Shown: piece after piece, positions 1 through 8,888 of the stretch
Numbering within the stretch: position 1 is the stretch's first letter
Layout: each line of letters starts with the position of its first letter
Assembly: GCA_033549025.1 (NCBI GenBank)
Contig: JAWSUS010000003.1
Span: 96,001-160,000, forward strand
From: Desulfuromonadales bacterium
Lineage (GTDB): Bacteria > Desulfobacterota > Desulfuromonadia > Desulfuromonadales > SZUA-540
Direction: 5' to 3'
Length of the DNA stretch: 64,000 nucleotides
Made by a program: the position numbers and the translations under genes
The notes under the pieces: model-generated
What the model saw: only the letters and a program-made list of their open reading frames with translations
What the model was told of the DNA's origin: nothing
Databases searched by the model: none

Positions 1-404
1 AGAAGATGAGCAAGAGCTACGGCAATACCATCGACCTGTTTCAGGAAGAGAAGACGCTACGCAAAAGCGTGATGCGCATCGTCACCGATCCGACGCCGGT
101 GGAAGAGGCCAAGGACCCGGACAAATGCAACGTCTTCCAGATCTACCGGCTCTTTCTGAACAAGGAAGAGGAGAAGAGCCTGCGCCAGCGCTATCTGGCC
201 GGGGGGATGGGGTACGGCGAGGTCAAAGAGGAACTCTTCGTGACGGTACGGGACTTCTTCGCCCCTTATGCTGCCCGGCGCCAGGAGCTGTTGGCCGACC
301 AGGACCGCTTGCGCAAAATTCTGGCTAATGGCCGCGACAAGGCTCGCTATGCCGCCAGCAAAACCCTGCGCAAAGTGCGAAAGAAAACAGGACTGGCCTA
401 TTGA
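1..404 (+). CDS. trpS: Tryptophan--tRNA ligase, C-terminal part (truncated by window edge)
   Basis: Class I KMSKS motif (KMSKSYGN) followed by TrpRS-like C-terminal helices (GGMGYGEVKEEL). Confidence 0.9.
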   Translation, partial: KMSKSYGNTIDLFQEEKTLRKSVMRIVTDPTPVEEAKDPDKCNVFQIYRLFLNKEEEKSLRQRYLAGGMGYGEVKEELFVTVRDFFAPYAARRQELLADQDRLRKILANGRDKARYAASKTLRKVRKKTGLAY

Positions 405-453
405 GGCCTTGCACCCCGGGCAAGTCTTGGCATACTTGAAGGGCCCACACACG

Positions 454-486
454 GGGGAGTCCTGGCTTATCTCGCCGGGACTCCCC
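454..486 (+). terminator. GC-rich hairpin after trpS (terminator or stabilising stem)
   Basis: GGGGAGTCCTGGC-7 nt loop-GCCGGGACTCCCC, 13-bp stem with one G-U; weak U tract. Confidence 0.45.
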
Positions 487-528
487 TGCTTTGCCGCCAT
501 TCGCCCGTCCTGTCCAAGGAGGTCCGCC

Positions 529-711
529 ATGACGACGACCCGCCGGAAGTGGTTCTGTACCTGCAGCGGTCAACCCCGCGAACTCAACGAGGAAAAGTTG
601 GTTGACGAGGAAGAGGGTGCCGAGCCTTTCTGCCCCCGCTGCGGGGCGACGCCGTCCTCCGACCCCAAAAAGACACTCAGCTACCGGGACCAGGAGACCT
701 GGGACGACTAG
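529..711 (+). CDS. 60-aa Cys-rich hypothetical protein (CxC...CxxC)
   Basis: AAGGAGG SD at 516-522, ATG 529; MTTTRRKWFCTCSG...PFCPRCGA; TAG 709-711. Confidence 0.7.
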   Translation: MTTTRRKWFCTCSGQPRELNEEKLVDEEEGAEPFCPRCGATPSSDPKKTLSYRDQETWDD

Positions 712-884
712 ATCGACTCGGGCCGGGTGAAAAGGACAAAGGCCATGGCAGGCCGTTTGCTGGCTTCGCGCATGGCGAACTGAATGTTTTCGAAGTGCCA
801 CCCCTGGGCGGTGTATTCATTGAGAATGGCTTCGAGTGTTTCATCGGTGACGATGCTGGTTTCTACCACTTTGTAGCTTACCAT
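708..884 (-). CDS. 58-aa DUF4177-like small protein
   Basis: GGAGGGG SD before ATG 884; YKVV...LNEYTAQGWHF...FVLFTR pattern resembles DUF4177. Confidence 0.7.
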   Translation of the reverse strand: MVSYKVVETSIVTDETLEAILNEYTAQGWHFENIQFAMREASKRPAMAFVLFTRPESI

Positions 885-925
885 CCTATTTTCCCCTCCA
901 TTCATAACAGGCCCAGAGCATATCT

Positions 926-1195
926 ATGGCTATCAGCGGCAATCCGAAAAAATTCGCCCGGGACATCGCCGAGGGCTTTTTCAATCTTTCCACCGCCACG
1001 CTGCGCCAGTACACGCCAGCGGACCTTAAAGTCATTCTGACCAACCTGGGCATCGTGGCCCGTGAGCTGCGCGGTGAACAGATTCCCCTTGAGGACGTCC
1101 TGGCCCTCAAGACCAAAAACATGAAGCTCACCCGACTCAACCAGGCCGACATGATCATCAGGGCCCACTGCAAAAAACTACGCATCCCTCTCTGA
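926..1195 (+). CDS. 89-aa hypothetical helical protein
   Basis: Clean ORF filling the gap with genome-typical codons; no recognised motif. Confidence 0.65.
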   Translation: MAISGNPKKFARDIAEGFFNLSTATLRQYTPADLKVILTNLGIVARELRGEQIPLEDVLALKTKNMKLTRLNQADMIIRAHCKKLRIPL

Positions 1196-1213
1196 CCAAC
1201 CCTATCCGCCATT

Positions 1214-2074
1214 TTACTCAGACCCACCGCCGCAGAGACAGCAGGAGGCAACCGCGCAGGACCGGCACACTTCGCCCCGGCGACCGCGGCAGCCCTCGCT
1301 GATACCGAGATGAGCCAGGGCAAAGTCGAAGCGCACCGGATCCGAGGCATCGAAAGCGCGCAGGCGCTCCGTCACCTCCAAGGCCATCTTCCAGTCGGCC
1401 GTACGCCGGACCGAGAGGCCGAGCAGTCGTGAAATGCGGCCGGTATGGGTATCCAGAGGCAATACCAGGCGGGCCGGCGCTATTGTCGTCCACAGGCCGA
1501 GATCGATACCGTCGTCCGGACGGACCACCCATCGCAAAAACATGCAAAGGCGCTTGCAGGCACTGCCCCCTTCCGGGCTGGGAAAAAAATAACGCACACC
1601 GGCCTTTGCCGGCAAGCGTCCTCCCGCATAAAAAGGGGAAACATCCTGCGCCAGGGCTCGGCGGCAAAAGGAGGCCAGAGCCTGCGTGATGGTCGCACCA
1701 CCGTCATCCCCCTGACCAAAGAAGTTCTCCAGGCTCCCCGCCGTTTCAATCATCCCGCGCATCAGCCAGAACAGGCAGGCCAGATCCTTCTCATCGTTAA
1801 AACGATGCTTGAAGCCCCGCAGGTAAGCCGCGTCGCGCCTCGGATTAAAGTTGGCGATAAAGTCGGCAGGGCTTTTTCCCATGCGCCCGATCAGATCCTC
1901 GACATGGCGCAGAATAATGCCCACCTGCCCATAGGCCAGAGCGGCGCTGACAAAAGCGACCGCCTCCCGATCGGCGAAGGAACTGAACTGCCGTGGGAAC
2001 CGGACAGGATCCTTCTGCAGGAAATTCGCCCCGCGTCCCGCCTGTACTTTTTCGAGAATGTCCTGAAGCATCAT
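1214..2074 (-). CDS. TIGR02757/DUF2400 family protein (HhH-GPD-like) with C-terminal Cys cluster
   Basis: Motifs DPVRFP, SACKRLCMFLRWVVR, DGIDLGLW, PLDTH, DPVRFDFAL; tail CRGRRGEVCRSCAVASCC. Confidence 0.85.
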   Translation of the reverse strand: MMLQDILEKVQAGRGANFLQKDPVRFPRQFSSFADREAVAFVSAALAYGQVGIILRHVEDLIGRMGKSPADFIANFNPRRDAAYLRGFKHRFNDEKDLACLFWLMRGMIETAGSLENFFGQGDDGGATITQALASFCRRALAQDVSPFYAGGRLPAKAGVRYFFPSPEGGSACKRLCMFLRWVVRPDDGIDLGLWTTIAPARLVLPLDTHTGRISRLLGLSVRRTADWKMALEVTERLRAFDASDPVRFDFALAHLGISEGCRGRRGEVCRSCAVASCCLCGGGSE

Positions 2075-2157
2075 GGGATGAAAATATCACAGGATTGGGA
2101 AGAATTACCAGCCATAGCAAAACATTTTTCTACCCACAATGGGTGATTTTTTAACTT

Positions 2158-2177
2158 ATTGTAAACACAAATACAAT
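2158..2177. promoter_or_regulatory. Palindromic putative operator ATTGTA-N8-TACAAT
   Basis: Perfect 6-bp dyad in the AT-rich divergent intergenic region. Confidence 0.5.
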
Positions 2178-2233
2178 CTGCGACCCAGATGGCGTTCACA
2201 GGCCGAAACAAAGGGTTTATTCCAAGTTTTCTA

Positions 2234-2261
2234 TTGACATAAACATAGAACGGCGTATTAT
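2234..2261 (+). promoter_or_regulatory. Sigma70-type promoter of the DUF485-actP operon
   Basis: TTGACA-16 nt-TATTAT. Confidence 0.55.
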
Positions 2262-2517
2262 TGCGCCGAAAATAAAATCCACATCGTATATTTTTTACCA
2301 GAACCCTGCCTTGCTTGAAGCAGGCGATCAAAATCCAGCACCAATTGAGACCAAGCCGGCTCCCTTCCCTCGGGGGGACGGTTGTGTTGGGAGTAGGCAC
2401 CCTTCAGAACTTTCGGTCGAAAGCTTCCCATGGGCCCTGCTTTTCTGCCAGGCAAGTTCATCTGGTTTTATTCACCGGTTATCACCCAAGAACCACAAGC
2501 GAAAAGGAGCAACGAAA

Positions 2518-2784
2518 ATGGGACACGGACCCGCAGTAAAACTGGGCAAAGATAACGCTCAGGGCTACAAAACCACTTTGGGCGTTTGGATGTTCATCGC
2601 CTACACCATCGTTTATGCCGGCTTTATCGTCATCAACACGGTTAAGCCATCCCTCATGGAAAAAGTTATTTTCGGCCAGACTCTGGCGATCGTCTACGGC
2701 TTCGGCCTGCTGGCTTTTGCCCTGGTACTCGCTGTCGTCTACAACCAGCTCTGCAATGCCGCAGAAGCCCGGTTGAATAAATAA
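2518..2784 (+). CDS. DUF485 small membrane protein (YjcH-like partner of ActP)
   Basis: AAGGAG SD, ATG 2518; two hydrophobic helices; directly upstream of an ActP-like gene. Confidence 0.85.
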   Translation: MGHGPAVKLGKDNAQGYKTTLGVWMFIAYTIVYAGFIVINTVKPSLMEKVIFGQTLAIVYGFGLLAFALVLAVVYNQLCNAAEARLNK

Positions 2785-2796
2785 AGGAGTGGTCGC

Positions 2797-4731
2797 ATGA
2801 ACTACGAAACTTCACCGCTGGCCATCGTCCTTTTCTTCAGCTTTGTCGCCTTTGTCCTCGGCCTCTCCTTCTACCTGGCCCGCCGGACGACCTCTTCGGC
2901 CGGCTATTATGCCGCGGGCGGCAACATTCACTGGTTCACCAACGGTATCGCCTTTGCCGGCGACTACCTTTCCGCTGCCAGCTTCCTTGGCATCTGCGGC
3001 ATGATCGCCACCGCCGGCTTCGATGGCTGGATGTACGCTATCGGTTACCTGGCAGGCTGGATGGTCGCCCTCTTCCTGGTGGCCGAACCGATGAAGCGCC
3101 TGGGCAAATACACCTTCACCGACGCCCTCGACTCCAAGTTCAACTCCAAGGGCATTCAGCTGATGGCGGCCATCAGCACCTTGGTTGTCTCGGTATTCTA
3201 CCTTATCCCCCAGATGGTCGGCGCCGGCGTTCTCGTTAAGCCCCTGCTGGGTATGCCTCACTGGGTTGGCGTCAGCATTGTCGGTATAGTCGTTACGATT
3301 ATCGTAGCCACCGCCGGCATGGCCTCCACCACCTACGTACAGTTCTTCAAGGGCTCGCTGCTGCTTATCGTCTCCACAATTCTCGTGGCCTCTGTTTTGA
3401 CCCGCGGCCTCTCCAGTGAGCCCAAAGGCTTCGGTAACAACCCCAAGCCCCTGCAAACCTTGACCGCCAGCATCGCTGCCGATGGTTCCCTGCAGGCTGG
3501 TGAATTGACAGCGCCGGCCGGATGGCAGGAAAGCGAGTTCGGCAAAGCCGGACTGGTTCAACTTACCAGCAATGGCGCGGAGTCTGTCTGGTCTTTCGCC
3601 GCCAACACCGATGGCAGCTACACGCTGAACGAGGCTCTTTTTGTCGTCACTCAACCAGACGGCACCAAACTCTACAACGGCGGGTCCAAGGAAGATGCCA
3701 AGTTCTTTCCTGTTGGCAACCTCAAGGAAATCACCATTGACGGCCAACAGGTCGCCCAGACCGGCGCCATCGGACCTTTCGCCTATCTTTCCGCCGTCAA
3801 GGACTCAACGGTCATTCTCTGGGGTAAAAAGTACGTCCTGGCTGGGGATACCAAGTATGAAGTCTTTTACCAGAAGCCGACCCCTGGCGCCCGCGTGCTG
3901 CGTCCCGGCCTGAAGTTCAAGGTCGACAACGCCACCGGCACCGAGAAATTCAACTTCATTTCTTTGATGCTGGCTCTTTTCTGCGGTACTGCGGCCCTGC
4001 CTCACATCCTCATCCGCTACTACACCGTACCGAGCCAGGCTGCCGCCCGTAAGTCGACCATCGTCGCCATCGCCGCCATCGGCTTCTTTTATGTCCTCAC
4101 CCTGTATCTGGGTGTTGGCGCTATGACCAACGGTGTCATCAACCTCACCGACAACAACATGAGCGCCCCTCTGCTGGCACTGTCTTTCGGGGTCATTCTT
4201 TTTGCCGTCATCTCGTCTTTGGCTTTCGCCACCGTCCTCGGCACCGTCTCCGGTCTTATCGTCGCCGCCTCGGGTGCCGTGGCCCATGACCTGATGGACA
4301 ACTTCCTCGGCCTCCACATGAGTGATGCCGGCAAGGTAAAAGCCGGAAAGATCGCCGCTATCGTGGTCGGCTGCATCGCCATCTACCTGGGCATCATCTT
4401 TGAAGGGATGAACGTTTCCTTCCTGGTCGGCTGGGCCTTTGCGGTGGCGGCCTCGGCCAACCTGCCGGCTATCCTTATGCTGCTTTTCTGGAAGAAAACC
4501 ACCGCCAAAGGCGTGGCTGCATCCATCACGGTCGGCCTGACCTCCGCTCTGGGTCTGATTCTCATCTCCCCCGACATGTGGGTCCGCTACGGCCTGCTGC
4601 CTGGCGATGCGCCGGTTCAGTTCAACAGCCCGGCGGCCATTTCCATCCCGCTGAGCTTCTTCGCTCTGGTCATCGTCTCCCTCATGACGCAGAAGGATGC
4701 TGTCAGCAGCGAAGCAACCGAGGCGGCCTAA
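2797..4731 (+). CDS. actP: Cation/acetate symporter, sodium:solute symporter family
   Basis: NGIAFAGDYLSAASFLG, YLIPQMVGAG, GTAALPHILIRYYTVP, AFAVAASANLP motifs; many TM helices. Confidence 0.9.
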   Translation: MNYETSPLAIVLFFSFVAFVLGLSFYLARRTTSSAGYYAAGGNIHWFTNGIAFAGDYLSAASFLGICGMIATAGFDGWMYAIGYLAGWMVALFLVAEPMKRLGKYTFTDALDSKFNSKGIQLMAAISTLVVSVFYLIPQMVGAGVLVKPLLGMPHWVGVSIVGIVVTIIVATAGMASTTYVQFFKGSLLLIVSTILVASVLTRGLSSEPKGFGNNPKPLQTLTASIAADGSLQAGELTAPAGWQESEFGKAGLVQLTSNGAESVWSFAANTDGSYTLNEALFVVTQPDGTKLYNGGSKEDAKFFPVGNLKEITIDGQQVAQTGAIGPFAYLSAVKDSTVILWGKKYVLAGDTKYEVFYQKPTPGARVLRPGLKFKVDNATGTEKFNFISLMLALFCGTAALPHILIRYYTVPSQAAARKSTIVAIAAIGFFYVLTLYLGVGAMTNGVINLTDNNMSAPLLALSFGVILFAVISSLAFATVLGTVSGLIVAASGAVAHDLMDNFLGLHMSDAGKVKAGKIAAIVVGCIAIYLGIIFEGMNVSFLVGWAFAVAASANLPAILMLLFWKKTTAKGVAASITVGLTSALGLILISPDMWVRYGLLPGDAPVQFNSPAAISIPLSFFALVIVSLMTQKDAVSSEATEAA

Positions 4732-4773
4732 AGCATAAGATGTTGCACCCTGTTCTTCATTTGTCATACACTG

Positions 4774-4802
4774 GGGCCGCCTGCATGGCGGCCCTTTTTT
4801 TT
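4774..4802 (+). terminator. Rho-independent terminator of actP
   Basis: GGGCCGCC-TGCAT-GGCGGCCC followed by T8. Confidence 0.85.
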
Positions 4803-4827
4803 CATACGCTCCCAAGGAACTTTGTCC

Positions 4828-5463
4828 ATGAAACGATTTCGCTTTACCCTGACCGCAGTCTGCCTGGTTCTTATCTGGCTGGGCTGGGCTGATGTCTCTC
4901 TGTTCTTACGCAATCGCGCTCCCCAGACCATCACTGCCGCCGCGCTGGTAGAAAATGGCCCGCCACGGGAGTGGCTGCACGTCACCGGCGGTCATCTGGA
5001 TTTGCTGGAGGGGATCTCCACCTCCGGGAGCCTGGAGCTTGAAGCTTTTCTGATTCCGCTGCGTCTCTCTCCAGGCGTTCAGCCCATTGATATTCTGGTC
5101 GAAACCCGTGACCCGCAGATCATTAAGCGCCTGCAGGATTATTACTTCACGTTCGACTCAGAGACGGAACAGCGGGCTTACCTGGAAGCCCACGCCGAAG
5201 ATTTCAGGGGACAACGTGACATCACAGGCATGCTTGTAGGCGGTCTGGTGGCAAGCGGCAACAAGGACAAACTGCTCAAGCTGGCGCGTGAGGAAGGGCT
5301 GGACATCAGCGAAAACATCATTTTTCTCAGCGCCAGGAAGGAGCCGGCCAGAATTCGTGGATTTTTCTTCTTGGGACTGGGGCTGCTGGGTCTATTAAAG
5401 GTGGGCAGCATGTGGAGAAATGCCGGGAAGGACGCCACTCCCGAAACAGAAAATCCGCTGTAG
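4828..5463 (+). CDS. Hypothetical membrane protein (N- and C-terminal TM helices)
   Basis: AAGGA before ATG 4828; hydrophobic ends flanking a soluble domain. Confidence 0.7.
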   Translation: MKRFRFTLTAVCLVLIWLGWADVSLFLRNRAPQTITAAALVENGPPREWLHVTGGHLDLLEGISTSGSLELEAFLIPLRLSPGVQPIDILVETRDPQIIKRLQDYYFTFDSETEQRAYLEAHAEDFRGQRDITGMLVGGLVASGNKDKLLKLAREEGLDISENIIFLSARKEPARIRGFFFLGLGLLGLLKVGSMWRNAGKDATPETENPL

Positions 5464-5501
5464 CCTCTTTAACTGCTCTGTCTCAGCGACCGGGAACTGA
5501 C

Positions 5502-6401
5502 ATGGATATAAGAAAACTGGAGGTCTTTTGCAAGATCGTCGACCTGAAGAGTTTTTCCAAAGCGGCTGAATCCGTCTCCCTTACCCAGCCAACGGTCAGT
5601 GAACACATCCGGCAACTGGAAGATCTGTTGGGCGAAAAGCTGCTCGACCGACTGGGTCGCGAAGTTTTACCCACCCCGGCCGGCGAACTCCTCTATCGCT
5701 ACGCCATCCGGCTCATTAAACTGCGGGACGAGACCTTCCAGGCCATACGCCAGTTCAGCGGCAACCTCACCGGCGATCTTGTCCTGGGAGCCAGCACGAT
5801 TCCAGGCGCCTACCTCCTCCCCCGGGTCATCGAGTCCTTCCAGTCACGCCACCCCTCCATCCGGCTGCGCCTGAAAATTGCCGATACGGCCAAGACCATC
5901 CATCTTCTCCTCTCAGGGGAGATGGAAATCGGCATTATTGGCGCACGGGCCAAGGTCCCGGCCCTTGAAAGCACGGACATCTTTTCGGACCGGCTTATTC
6001 TGGTGGTCCCCCCCCGCCATCCCTGGGCCAAAATTTCCACTGTCTCCCTCGAAGACCTGCCCAGGCAGCCTTTTATTCTGCGAGAAGAGGGCTCGGGTAG
6101 CCGCACGGTCATGAACGAGGAACTTCTGCGCCACGGCTTTAATCCGGCAGCCCTGTCGCCGGTGGCGGAGATCGACAGCTCGGAAGCCGTCAGGCAGGCC
6201 GTCAAGGCGGGGCTGGGCATTGCCATCCTGTCTTCTCTGGCCGTGGCCGAGGATCTCGATAAGGGAAGCCTGGTGCAGGTGCCTATTGAGGGCGTCGACA
6301 TTCGCCGCCCCTTCTACCTGGTCCAGCGCAAAAACCGGCAACTCTCCCCTCTCGCCCAGGCCTTTCTAGAACACCTGCGGTCTTCCGGCCCACCGGCTTA
6401 A
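5502..6401 (+). CDS. LysR family transcriptional regulator (CysL-like)
   Basis: N-terminal HTH SFSKAAESVSLTQPTVSEHIRQLE; GASTIPG and REEGSGSR effector-domain motifs; ATG 5502. Confidence 0.92.
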   Translation: MDIRKLEVFCKIVDLKSFSKAAESVSLTQPTVSEHIRQLEDLLGEKLLDRLGREVLPTPAGELLYRYAIRLIKLRDETFQAIRQFSGNLTGDLVLGASTIPGAYLLPRVIESFQSRHPSIRLRLKIADTAKTIHLLLSGEMEIGIIGARAKVPALESTDIFSDRLILVVPPRHPWAKISTVSLEDLPRQPFILREEGSGSRTVMNEELLRHGFNPAALSPVAEIDSSEAVRQAVKAGLGIAILSSLAVAEDLDKGSLVQVPIEGVDIRRPFYLVQRKNRQLSPLAQAFLEHLRSSGPPA

Positions 6402-6423
6402 GAGCTACGCCCAGCTGAAAAGA

Positions 6424-7806
6424 TCAGAAACGGGCATTGCCCGGGGTCCGTGGGAAGGGAATGACATCACGGATATTTTCCATGCCGGTCAGATACATGA
6501 GCAGGCGTTCAAATCCGAGACCAAAGCCGGCATGAGGACAACTTCCCCAGCGCCGGGTATCCAGATACCACCAGAGACTTTCCGGAGCGATTCCGGATTC
6601 TTCCATGCGGCGCTGCAGCACCGGCAGGCGCTCTTCCCGCTGGCTGCCGCCGATAATTTCCCCTACGCGCGGTACCAGCAGGTCCATGGCCGCGACGGTC
6701 TGTTCATCATCATTGAGGCGCATGTAAAAGGCCTTGATGCCCACCGGATAGTCGGTCACGAAGACAGGCCCACCGACGACCTTTTCCGTCAGGTACCGCT
6801 CATGTTCTGACTGCAGATCACGCCCCCAGGCTACGGGAAACTGAAAGGTTTCACCGGACGCCTGCAGACGGTTGACTGCATCGCTGTAGGTCATGGTCTC
6901 AAAGCGGGCCTTGGCCAGCGTCTGCAGTTTATCGAGCAACCCTTTTTCCACGCGTTCGTTGAAAAAGGCGAGATCCTCACCGCAATGATTCAAGGTGTAA
7001 GTGACGAGGTAGCGGAGAAAATCTTCCGCCAACCGGCAGTCATCCTCCAGATTAGCAAAGGCCATTTCGGGCTCGATCATCCAAAACTCGGCAGCATGTC
7101 GGCTGGTATTGGAGTTTTCCGCCCGGAAAGTGGGGCCAAAGGTGTAAATATCGCTGAACGCCGTGGCGAAAAGTTCACCCTGCAGCTGGCCGCTGACGGT
7201 CAGGCCGGTCCTCTCGCCAAAAAAGTCCTGGCTCCAGTCAATGTATCCGCTATTTCGGGGCGGGTTTTCACTGTCCAGGGTCGTCACCCGGAACATTTCC
7301 CCGACCCCTTCGCAATCGTTGGCCGTAATAATGGGGGTATGCACGTAGAGAAACCCCCGCTCGTGAAAAAACCGGTGAATGGCAAAGGACAGGGCACTGC
7401 GCAGGCGAAAGACAGCGCCAAAGGTGTTGGAGCGGGGACGCAGATGGGCAATGGAGCGCAGAAACTCAAGCGAGTGCCTTTTTTTCTGCAGGGGATAGTC
7501 GCTATCCGCGTCGCCAAGCACCTCCACGTTTTGGGCCTGCACTTCCCAGCGCTGGCCGGCGGCCGGCGACTCGACCAAGATTCCCTGGACGGAAAGACAG
7601 GCGCCGGTACCGAGCTTAACCAAGTCTTCATAGTTGGGCAGCTGCGGGGTCACCACTACCTGCAGAGAGGCGAAGCAGGAGCCATCATTGAGAGCGAAGA
7701 ACGCGACATCCTTGCCGGTGCGCAGGGTACGTACCCAGCCTTTAAGGCAAATGACTTCTCCGGCGGAAGTCCCCCCAAGAGCGTTGCGAATCGCCATTCT
7801 TTCCAT
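6424..7806 (-). CDS. asnS: Asparagine--tRNA ligase
   Basis: GWVRT OB-fold, LTVSGQL, FGPTFRAENSNTSRHAAEFWMIEPE, PHAGFGLGFER. Confidence 0.97.
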   Translation of the reverse strand: MERMAIRNALGGTSAGEVICLKGWVRTLRTGKDVAFFALNDGSCFASLQVVVTPQLPNYEDLVKLGTGACLSVQGILVESPAAGQRWEVQAQNVEVLGDADSDYPLQKKRHSLEFLRSIAHLRPRSNTFGAVFRLRSALSFAIHRFFHERGFLYVHTPIITANDCEGVGEMFRVTTLDSENPPRNSGYIDWSQDFFGERTGLTVSGQLQGELFATAFSDIYTFGPTFRAENSNTSRHAAEFWMIEPEMAFANLEDDCRLAEDFLRYLVTYTLNHCGEDLAFFNERVEKGLLDKLQTLAKARFETMTYSDAVNRLQASGETFQFPVAWGRDLQSEHERYLTEKVVGGPVFVTDYPVGIKAFYMRLNDDEQTVAAMDLLVPRVGEIIGGSQREERLPVLQRRMEESGIAPESLWWYLDTRRWGSCPHAGFGLGFERLLMYLTGMENIRDVIPFPRTPGNARF

Positions 7807-7885
7807 ATCCCTATCCCCACTATTCTTTAGGCCTCAGGCTGATTGCCTGCCGATATTTCCCGACATTGTTCTCTTCATAAAACTT

Positions 7886-7912
7886 AAAAGGCCCCCTGAC
7901 AGAGAGCCTTTT
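7886..7912 (-). terminator. Terminator downstream of the MBL hydrolase gene
   Basis: Minus strand GGCTCTCT-GTC-AGGGGGCC then TTTT (G-U pairs form on the minus strand). Confidence 0.55.
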
Positions 7913-7975
7913 GGTCTTTAGCGGTGCGGGGGTGGCCTTTTGCACTAATCTCAGCAGCAAGGCACCAGGACACGC

Positions 7976-8830
7976 CTATACCGGGCTCGATTTGAGTGCC
8001 GGGAGCTTGCCGGTGAAACCGGAACCGGCCCAGGCCACCATCGACCCGAGTCGTGACTTGAGAGTATCGAAAGCCAGCTCCCCCGTGCAGTGGTTCACCC
8101 ACAGGTTGGAAAGGTTAAAAGCAGCCAGCCGCTCGGCCAGTTCCTCACACTCCCAAGCCGTCGCATCCTTGAGGTGAAGGCCCCCGATCACGGTGTGAAC
8201 CTGGCCCTCGCCAGTCATCAGCTGGGCGGCGCGCAGAATATTGAGGACACCCCGATGACTGCATCCGCTGATGACCACCAGTCCGTCAACGGTCTCGAGT
8301 ACCAGAGCGTGTTCATCGGCGAAAGAATCATTCGACCAGGAATCCCCCTGCTTCACCTGCAGTACAGCCTGCTCCTCCCGGCCTGTCCAGTCAGGAATTG
8401 GTCCCGTGCTCCAGATGCCAGGAGCGAATTGCTGGGGTTTCAAGGTAGGATTACGAACGATGTCGGCCTCCTCCAGCGCGGTTTCCGGCCAGGGAACGCC
8501 GATGTCGCGATGGGAGCCATCGGCCTGGGTGGCACGACGCGGCTTCCAGGCGTCAGGATGCATCAGGATACGGGGACGTCCACCTTTGGCCAGCAGCGAG
8601 GGAACGCCCCCGGCATGATCCCAATGGCCGTGGGTAACTGCCAGCCAGTCGGCTTCCTGGGGGCGGATTCCCAACCTGTCGCCATTCAGCAGAAAATCCC
8701 CATTGTTGCCCGTGTCGATGAGAATTTTCTTCCCTCCCGCTTCCAGCCAGAGACTGAGGCCATACTGGCAGAGGAGATCCTCCCGGCAACTGTGATTATC
8801 GATCAGTACGGTGATATTGGGGGCAGCCAT
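7976..8830 (-). CDS. MBL-fold metallo-hydrolase
   Basis: THGHWDHAGG (HxHxDH), LIDTG, GCSHRG, GGLHL, HCTG; GGGAGG SD before ATG 8830. Confidence 0.9.
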   Translation of the reverse strand: MAAPNITVLIDNHSCREDLLCQYGLSLWLEAGGKKILIDTGNNGDFLLNGDRLGIRPQEADWLAVTHGHWDHAGGVPSLLAKGGRPRILMHPDAWKPRRATQADGSHRDIGVPWPETALEEADIVRNPTLKPQQFAPGIWSTGPIPDWTGREEQAVLQVKQGDSWSNDSFADEHALVLETVDGLVVISGCSHRGVLNILRAAQLMTGEGQVHTVIGGLHLKDATAWECEELAERLAAFNLSNLWVNHCTGELAFDTLKSRLGSMVAWAGSGFTGKLPALKSSPV

Positions 8831-8888
8831 GAGAAACACCTCCCTTAAAGGTGGTCAAAGTTCTGTGGTTATGCAGCGCTCCTGCGTA

